DNA of 64,000 bases, from positions 128,154,001 to 128,218,000 of the forward strand of contig OX597819.1 in assembly GCA_951406725.2 (NCBI GenBank), in the 5' to 3' direction. Made by a program: the position numbers and the translations under genes. Source of the DNA: Octopus vulgaris (taxonomy: Eukaryota). The notes beneath the pieces are model-generated. The model worked only from the letters and a program-made list of their open reading frames with translations, ran no database searches and had not been told where the DNA came from. This document shows positions 54,522 to 64,000 of the stretch, one piece after another. Positions within the stretch are counted from its first letter, which is position 1. Each line of letters begins with the position of its first letter.

Positions 54522-55482
54522 TGTCTTAGCCCGCTCCTCTTTATAGTCTATATAAACGACCTTTCCAGCGTCATAAAACACAGCAAAATGAACATATTAG
54601 CTGATGACTCTAAACTCCAGAAAATTATCGATGAAGAAGACTGAACTCAACTCCAGTTTGATCAACATGCTGTGAGTCATTGAGCAGATAACAACAAATG
54701 CAACTAAACGAGACAAAATTTGAGTTGATGCATTCTGGAAAAAAGACTATGCTGAAACAGCCATACTCTCTTCCTTCATGGGAACCTCTCACAGCATCTA
54801 ATAATATCAGAGACCTAGGAGTAATTATTGATAACAATCTTAGTTGGAATTCTCACATCAACAATAAGGTCGATATAGCTCGTAGGATGAGCTCCTGGAT
54901 CCTAAGAACCTTCCGGTCCAGAGAACAAGGTGTCTTCATTTCAGTTTTCTCCTCCTTTGTACGGCCACTCATCGAATACTGCTGCCCCTTGTGGTATCCC
55001 CATACAAAATAAAATATCTCGAAAACTGAATTACCCCAAGATCATTCACTAAAAGAATTAAGGGCATGACGGATCTCGGTTATTGGAACCGCCTTAAAGC
55101 ATTGAAACTCTATTCTCTCCAGCACCGCCGTGAGCGATACATCTTTTGCAAGCTGTGAAGAATATGCAACTAGTATTTCCCAAATGACCTCAGCATAACT
55201 TCAAAATCCATCCAAGGCTAGGACCACGGGTCATACGTCCCAGACCCAATTCAGGATCACAACACATAAATACACTGCAACACAATTTCTTTTCCTCAAC
55301 AGGCCCAACCCTATTTAACATTGTCCCGAAACAGATCAAAGAGGAAAAGGATCCCATTACCTTTAAACGGAATCTGGGCGAATTTCTTCAAGGAATACCA
55401 GATAATCCACCTATACCTGGATACGACTCACTCAACGAGAACTCCCAACTCGAATGAACCATGATACCACGAAACTTGACTT
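54522..55482 (+). pseudogene. CR1-type LINE 3' fragment (second subfamily) nested in an old SINE A
   Basis: PLLFIVYINDL, ILADDSKL, MQLNETKF, IRDLGVIIDNNLSW, WILRTF, RPLIEYCCPLW and LKLYSLQHRRER. SINE A halves lie at ~54440-54521 and ~55485-55710. Confidence 0.9.
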
Positions 55483-55929
55483 TATATATACATTCGTGTG
55501 TGTGTGTCTTTGTTTCTGCATTTGTGTCCTCACCACCGCGTGACAACTGGCGTCGGTGTGTTTACGTATCCGTAACTTAGCGGTTCGGCGCAAAAAACCG
55601 ATAGAATAGGCACTAGACTTACAAAGAAGACATTTTGCGGTCGACTTCTTCGACGGAAACACTCAAGAGTGGTGCTACAGCATTGCCGCAGGCAAATGAC
55701 TGAAAGAAGCACGAATAAAAGAATGTGTTTGTGGTGTGTGCGAGTACGTGTGTTGCTTGTGTATGCGCATGCGCGAGTGCACAGGTGATTACATGTGTGT
55801 CGATTATTGCAGGTATAAAATCCTTCCGATTTGTAAATATCGGATTGCAACATATATGAATGATCCGGACTTTTAAATCTTGTGGACAACACAGCCATAC
55901 TATACATAATTCTTAACAAAATTATACAA

Positions 55930-56328
55930 GTAGAAGTGGCTGTGTGGTAAGTAGCTTGCTAACCAACCACATGGTTCCGGGTTCAGTCCCACTGCGTGGC
56001 ATCTTGGGCAAGTGTCTTCTGCTATAGCCCCGGGCCGACCAATGCCTTGTGAGTGGATTTGGTAGACGGAAACTGAAAGAAGCCTGTCGTATATATGTAT
56101 ATATATGTCTGTGTGTGTATATGTTTGTGTGTCTGTGTTTGTCCCCCTAGCATTGCTTGACAACCGATGCTGATGTGTTTACGTCCCCGTCACTTAGCGG
56201 TTCGGCAAAAGAGACCGATAGAATAAGTACTGGGCTTACAAAGAATAAGTCCCGGGGTCGATTTGCTCGACTAAAGGCGGTGCTCCAGCATGGCCGCAGT
56301 CAAATGACTGAAACAAGTAAAAGAGTAA
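55930..56328 (+). mobile_element. SINE family A, full length
   Basis: Complete consensus. Confidence 0.95.
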
Positions 56329-56952
56329 GAAACTACTGTATAAAATTCATAACACAACACAACAAACACGGAGGAAACCCATACAGTACAGTTCAGTGCC
56401 GCCTTTACCATTGTGCTTCGGTGTGCGTGAGCACAGGGTCCTGTTGACCAGGGCCCGTGTTCAATGGGGCCCTGTCCAAGTAATTATTAAAGCAAGAATC
56501 TGCATCAAATTACATCAAATTACAATTTAAACATCTAGCGATACAAGCTACGATAGTTACATATGATCATAATTAATTTAGGGACATGATTTTCTAAACG
56601 AACTAATTTATAAAAAAATATGAAAACTGATAATAAGGATAGTTAGATAATTAATGTAAGAAGTAGAATTGTTATATTTTCGATACTGCATGTCTATCAG
56701 CAAATCTATTCCCCACATATTCGAATGTATACATCTGTACATATTTTTATCGTTTATCTTTTATGCATTTCAGTTATTAGACTACGGGCATGCAGGGGCA
56801 CCGCCTTGAAGAATTGTTGTGGAACGAATCGGCCCCAAGATTTCTTTATAATCTGGTACTTAATCTGTTGAATATTATAACCGAACTGTTACGGAAACGT
56901 AAACACATGGAACACGGTCGTCAAGCGGTGGTGAAGGTCAAACAGACACAAA

Positions 56953-56993
<41 letters not shown>

Positions 56994-57037
56994 GCAATCA
57001 CACACGTGTGATTGTGTGAGAGTGTGTGTGCATGTGC

Positions 57038-57085
<48 letters not shown>

Positions 57086-57983
57086 ATCACGTGACCGACC
57101 AGGCTATCAGTTGTTGCTATACATCGCTAGTCACAATGCGCTTCGCATTGTTTTTTAGCCTTACATGCTTTATAAATATTGATCCATGCTTGTACATTGC
57201 TCGAACACGTTGGTTATGAGATATATGTTCCACTAGTTTTTATTATGCTCCTTTTGGTCGTGGTATCATGTTTGAGATGTCACATGGATGGATAAACAAC
57301 ATATCTGGATATCTATGTTCGTAGTATATTCGATATATTTTAAAAGTTCTTTGTTAGCATTTACTTAAATAAGTGTTATCATGACAAGTATCGGAATCTG
57401 GATAGATTTTTCACTAGTTTATTCGTATTATAATTTTTAAGATCACAATGTATTTTTTTCAGGGTAAGTTCTTTGTTGTATAAGTACTGTTTTATAACTA
57501 TAAGCTGATACTGCTTACTTTGATGTTACTTGTAATAACAAGCACGTATTGGAGTAGTGCACCTACGATCCTAATGTTTGGCTTTTGCTAATTAGTATTC
57601 CCAGGCAGCGTTTATGTTTTTAACGCCATAGGACTGAACGGTACTGCTCAAGTGTCGAAACCATAATGAAACCCGTTGGCAGCTGAAGATAAAAATACAT
57701 ATCTGTTAAGCTTATTTGTGGAGTTTTATATATTAGTTTCGTTATTTTGAGTTGTCCTTTCTTCTAATAAAGTGGAAAGTGTTTCTGGATTCATGGATTA
57801 TTCTTTTATTCTTTTATTCTTCTACTTATTTCAGTCATTAGAATGCAGCACCATGCTGGAGCACCGTCTTGGGTTGTGAAGATTACTGACACTGATATCG
57901 GTTGTTTTTCTTTACATATAATCTTATTAAGCTTTGATAACGCTTAATACTCGTGTTTAGTTTTTAGGAGGTTCTGTGACATG

Positions 57984-58027
<44 letters not shown>

Positions 58028-58299
58028 AGTGTAATTTACAAAACAAAAAATTTTAAACGCCTTGAGAACTGGGCAAAAGAAAGAAAATATTTACGTTTTA
58101 TCAAAGTATGATACTGATTTCAATAGTTTTATCAGACGATTTAGTCTTCTCATAAGAGAAGGGAAAGTATATTGAAAATATATAAACATACTGAAATTAT
58201 ATAGATATATATTGAAATTAAATTAAATTAATCTTTCGTGATATCAGTTCTAGAAGCTCATGTTTTTCTTATGATGGCTGCTGGGTCATAGCCGCCGTT

Positions 58300-58317
58300 A
58301 TCGTTGTCGTCGCCGTT

Positions 58318-58402
<85 letters not shown>
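58300..58402. repeat. (GTC)n(GTA)n compound trinucleotide repeat
   Basis: Direct reading. Confidence 0.97.
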
Positions 58403-58403
<1 letters not shown>

Positions 58404-58742
58404 TTGAGAAGTGGCTACTATATGAATTTTATTAAAAAAAAAATTAAGGAAAAATATGAACTTCGGGAACCGTTATCATGAAGGGTTAATTTCGTATAGT
58501 TTATTTCAATTTATTTTACCGTCTCTTACAATATGACTAACATCAACATATAAAATGACCGAAATTGGTATTATATTTTGATGAATATGTAAATATTATC
58601 TTTCTTTTGTCCATGATGAAGTTCTCAAAGTATTTTCTACGCTGATGAAGTTCAAGCAATCAAAAGTATATTCATAAACACAGTTCTAGAAAACATCTTG
58701 AAGTATTACGCAAGTTTTATCACAACTGCATAAAACTACTCA

Positions 58743-59138
58743 TTTACTCTTTTACTTGTTTCAGACATTTAACTGTGGCCATGCTGGAGCACCACCTTTA
58801 GTCGAGCAAATCGACCCCAGGAATTATTCTTTGTAAGCCTAGTACTTATTCTATCGGTCTCTTTTGCCGAACCGCTAAGTTACGGGGACGTAAACACACT
58901 AGCATCGGTTGTCAAGCGATGTTGGGGAGATAAATACAATACACAAACATTCACACATATATATATACATATATACGACGGGCTTCTTTCAGTTTCCGTC
59001 TACCAAATCCACTCACAAGGCTTTGGTCGGCCCGAGGATATAGTAGAAGACACTCGCCCAAGGTGCCACGGAGTGGGACTGAACCCGTAACCATGTGGTT
59101 CGTAAGCAAGCTACTTACCACACAGCCACTCCTACGCC
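58743..59138 (-). mobile_element. SINE family A, full length
   Basis: Reverse complement of the consensus. Confidence 0.95.
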
Positions 59139-59408
59139 GACTGAAAAGAATCCGCATCGAAGACGGCTGGGCGATATAGCAACTATGATGACACAATCCC
59201 AGTAGTCCCAGCGCATCTTGCCATTCATATTTGCAACAATTCCCACTTATAGGGTCGCGATTCTTGTCTTGCTACTCTTGCTGTTTTACCCCAATAGAAG
59301 TAAAACATTATAAGTATAATGTAGCCTTCCTTTTTTGTGCGAGTGCAATGTTATTTGCAGGAGATTTAACTGCTTTCGAGGAGCACAAGAGACGGTATTT
59401 CTCCAGAT

Positions 59409-59641
59409 AAGGCGGCGACCTGGCTGAATCGTTAGCACGCCGGGCGAAATGCTTACAGGTATTTCGTCTGACGCTACGTTCTGAGTTCAAATTCCGCCGA
59501 GGTCGGCTTTGCCTTTCATCCTTTCGGGGTCGATAAATTAAGTACCAGTTACGCACTGGGGTTGATATAATCGACTTAATCCATTTGTCTGTCCTTGTTT
59601 GTCCCCTCTATGTTTAGCCCCTTGTGGGTAGTAAAGAAATA
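59409..59641 (+). mobile_element. SINE family B, full length with TSD
   Basis: A 15-bp TSD GGTATTTCTCCAGAT lies at 59394-59408 and 59642-59656. Confidence 0.95.
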
Positions 59642-59704
59642 GGTATTTCTCCAGATGGAATTGGCAACATTATAAAGTTTGTTCTTAATATGGTTGCTCC
59701 AATT

Positions 59705-59878
59705 AAGGCCACGAGCTGGCAGAATCGTTTGCAGAATGGGCAAAAGGCTTAGCGGCATTTCTTTCTGAGTTGAGATTCCACCGAGGTCGACTTTTCCACT
59801 CATCCTTTCGTGGCCGATAAAACATGTACCAGTTGAGTACTGGGGTCGAGCTAATCGATTTATCCCCTCACCCGAAGT
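59705..59878 (+). mobile_element. Old SINE B variant
   Basis: Degenerate head and core. Confidence 0.8.
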
Positions 59879-60111
59879 GCATAATTTTGCCGGTAAATTT
59901 GAAAAGGTTTATATTAATTTGGCATTAGAATTCTTCAAGTTGTATAAAAATAGTTATTGTCTGCATCGTTCGAAAGAGAAATAAATTCTACATAAGCTGT
60001 AAAAGATAGAAATAATTTGTATGGTGTTAGTAACAAAATATTTTGGAAGAAATAGAACTGTTATCATCGGTCTTCAATTTATTTTCGCCATTGTATATAC
60101 ATATAACAAGG

Positions 60112-60160
<49 letters not shown>

Positions 60161-60174
60161 GTAAATATATATAT

Positions 60175-60249
<75 letters not shown>

Positions 60250-60273
60250 GAGAGAGAGAGACAGACAGACAAC

Positions 60274-60401
60274 GAATTTACAAAAAAAAACAAAAGACGA
60301 AGATGGGTGTGTAAACAAACAGATGTATTAGCTTAATGCACAGGAGGTGAGAAAGTCTTTTACGTTTCGAGACTACGCTCTTCGACAGAAAGGAACACAC
60401 A
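60274..60401 (-). mobile_element. Short repeat with a variant hammerhead motif (copy 2)
   Basis: 60357-60392 on the minus strand reads CUUU-CUGUCGA-A-GAG-cguagu-CUC-GAAAC-GUA^AAAG. Collinear with 23950-24080. Confidence 0.7.
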
Positions 60402-60634
60402 AATATATACATACATATATATATTGTAAATATATGATTCAAGTGCTGATGGTGGTGGTTGTGGTGGTGGTGGTGCATGTGCACATGTTGTGGAGTTGGA
60501 GAGAGAAAGGAGGATCGAAAGAAAGTAGTGACCGAGTGAGAAACGGAGAGCGAAACCTGCATACACGTTAATAATATACATAAAACTATACGTGTTTGTG
60601 TATGTGTGTGTGTGTGTGTGTATGTGTGTGTGCA

Positions 60635-60678
<44 letters not shown>

Positions 60679-60716
60679 CGCGTAAACTCTCATACATATA
60701 TTCATGTATATAGATC

Positions 60717-61097
<381 letters not shown>

Positions 61098-63161
61098 TGT
61101 GTCTAAGCATTATTTCAGTTTTTATATGTTGTTTTTATTTTGTTGTTTTTAAATTTGTATTTATAACCTCTCTCCTTCCAAAAGAACGCCAAAATTTGAT
61201 GATTTTATGATATTATATACTTTTTCTTCCCGAGTTATAGACTCGACTGAAAGATGGGATTCTGAGAAGAAACTTCCAGAACTTTGCTAAACTGCTTCCA
61301 ACGTCATGATGGTTTCCACTCCGGAAGTTCAACAATATTTTTATGACAATATTTTCCCTAATTATGCACAATTTTTAGTTCCTGAATCGGTTACACATTT
61401 GTGAACATCTACTATTTTCCTTTTCATCCACCACACCTCTCTTATTTCTTTCCTATCGCCAACACCTCTCCACCCCACCCCACCCCACCCTTTTTTCGTT
61501 CTCTTTCTTCTCTTAACTTTTCCCAGCCTCATTATTCACCTTTTCCTTCTGAATTTCTTTCTTACGATGATTACCTCTTTTTGTTGCTGTTGTTGATGTC
61601 GTTCTTATTTTCCCTCGTCCTCCAGTTCTCTCATTCTTTGCCCTTTGACACACCATAAAGATGTTTCTCCCCTTTCTGGCTTTCTTCTCGTTTCTCTCTT
61701 TCACTCATTTGCTCTTCTTTTCTTTCCATTTAGCTTTCTCATTCTATTTTGTGTTCTACTCTCTCTGTCTCTGTGTCTCACACCCTCTTCCTCTTCCTCT
61801 TTCTCTTTCTCTCTCTCTCTCCACTATGTATGTATCTAATTATCTGTCTATCTATCTATCTAGCTAGTTATTTTTCTATCACAAGACCTCTCTTTTCATT
61901 ATCTCTCTCACATGTATGAATGCCTCTGTGTTTGTATCTATGTGTGTGTATATGTGCGCACAAATTTGCATACATATACATGTATGTGCGTGTGCGTGTA
62001 TGTGTCTATATATATATATATATATATATAAAGAGAGAGAGAAAAAAATAATGGACAGACAGACAGACAGAGATACAGATGGATAAATATATGCACACAC
62101 ATACACATATGAGATAGAGAGTGAACGTAACCGATATATAAGCAACTATATGTGTATGCATGTGTGTATATATGTATGTGTGTATATACATATATATATT
62201 ATCATATATGTGTGCATGTACATAGATATACACGTATGTATACATATATATATATATATATATACACAGATACACACAACATATGTATTGTATATACACA
62301 TATAAAGAGAGATAAATACACACACACATACACACATGCACATATACACACAGTTATAAATGTATGTATATTTTTCTCTGAGAATGTTTTCAATGTTTCG
62401 ATCTTATCTCTTCCTTCTCAATCTTATCGTTTCCTTCTCAATCATTCACAGTTTCTCATGTCATGCCCCCTCACTCTCTCTCTCTCTCCCTCCCTCTTTT
62501 TCTCGCGCTCTCCCCCCTCTTCACTACCCCCCCCCCCCCCCAACAGTATTTCCTCTTCCTTCTCCCCTCTCTTTTCCTTCCTACCACACCTCCCACACAA
62601 CCACTGCCTCCTCTTCTCATTTGTTTTTCCTCCCTCCGATATTTTCTCCCATTATTTTCCATCGCCTTTCTTTTTGATATTTTCCCGTTTTATTTCCAAC
62701 TCATTTTCATTATATCCGATTTCCTGATTTCTTCTCGGAACTAAACTCGAAAAACATTTTAAAAAACAACAACATCTTTCAATGTTTTCTTTTATTTCAT
62801 TCTTTCTTTTCTTTCTTTCTGTTTTCAAAAGTACTCGACTTTAATATTTATTATACTTTGCTTTAAGGAATTTCTTTGTTTCGATGTGTAAATATGAAAC
62901 AAAGCCAATATATTCTTCTCGTTTTCCTTTTTGTTTTGTTTTCGTTGTTTTTTATCTAAACATTTTTATCTCATGCTGGTTGGCACTCTTGTCATTAATC
63001 GGTAATTAAGAGTGTGAGAATGCAAACATTTGCCACGCTCTGGCTAGCGAGCTTGTTAAGGTAAAGCCTGCACAAATAAACACAAATATACTATAAGAAG
63101 AAAAAACACACAAACAAACATAAACAACGAGAAGAGAATAGAAGTATAGACAGGCAGACAA

Positions 63162-63314
<153 letters not shown>

Positions 63315-64000
63315 AATAGGAATAAGAAGCACAATTAAACAGAAGAAAGAAGAAAAGGAGGGAAAGGACGATTGCAGTTCGTACCGTTCTTTCAAGTTAT
63401 ATCGTATAAACCTGAATGGGTCACGTGGTCTACGCCATTTTCTCCGACTTGCAATACGTAGGAAATATTCAGGGTAGGGTGAGATACACTGGTAATGAGA
63501 AGATGAGTGGGTAGGAAGGTAGGTAGGTGGGTAGGTAGGTAGGTGGGTATAATAAAGTCGCAAGTTGGGAACCGGAAGGTAAGGTAGGGAAGAAACATCG
63601 CGAGGAAGAAATAAAGAGAGTGGGGTGGGGGGAGGGCGGGGGCGGGAAGGAGAAGACGGAGGAAGAGAAATAAAGAAAATAAGGATAAGAGAAAGGAGAG
63701 GAGTTAAAAGAACGGAAGCTGAAAATGAGGCAAAATGAAATAATAAAGAGAATCGAAGAGAATTTTTGTTTCTAAATTGAGGGAGAGTCTTGAGAGTCTT
63801 GAGTTAGCTGCTGCACATAAGCATTTAGTGACCCTTAAATTCTGTGTCATTTGCATCCCCTTCAATAATGTAAACAAGCAGTCAAAAAATAAATAAATAA
63901 AAACAAGTATTGTGCGCATATATGTTGCCAGATACCATATTCTAATACACATGCATTTACAAACACACACAATATATAAGGCAGGGTGGCTTTATATGTG

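Noticed and set aside
54601-54607. CTGATGA motif
   Set aside because: It is part of the RT ADD codons of the LINE fragment.
57625-57690. CTGAACG-GTAC...GTGTC-GAAAC hammerhead-like trace
   Set aside because: The core is broken and stems I and III are unclear; at most a decayed relic.

Overview
AT-rich, microsatellite-saturated eukaryotic non-coding DNA. Its tRNA-derived SINE families and repeat content suggest an octopus/coleoid cephalopod genome (inference). No intact host gene is supported, and nearly all listed ORFs are translations of simple repeats. The window is a mosaic of retroelements and DNA transposons. It holds three abundant SINE families (called A, B and C here), three CR1-type LINE fragments and one RTE-type fragment. 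It also holds a 5'-truncated Penelope-like element (PLE) with an open GIY-YIG frame, three mariner remnants, a Tc1/mariner-type element nested in one of them, two MITE-like elements and a probable decayed Helitron (28671-35398) enclosing the mariner nest. The most interesting signal is not in the ORF track. There are at least five well-formed minimal type I hammerhead ribozyme motifs plus several variants. One lies in the PLE 3' region. The others lie in short non-coding elements that sit in (TA)n tracts, share terminal sequences and often fold back into long inverted repeats, including a spacer-less ~330-bp palindrome with a hammerhead on each strand. All coordinates and alignments were read by eye, and ribozyme activity is untested.
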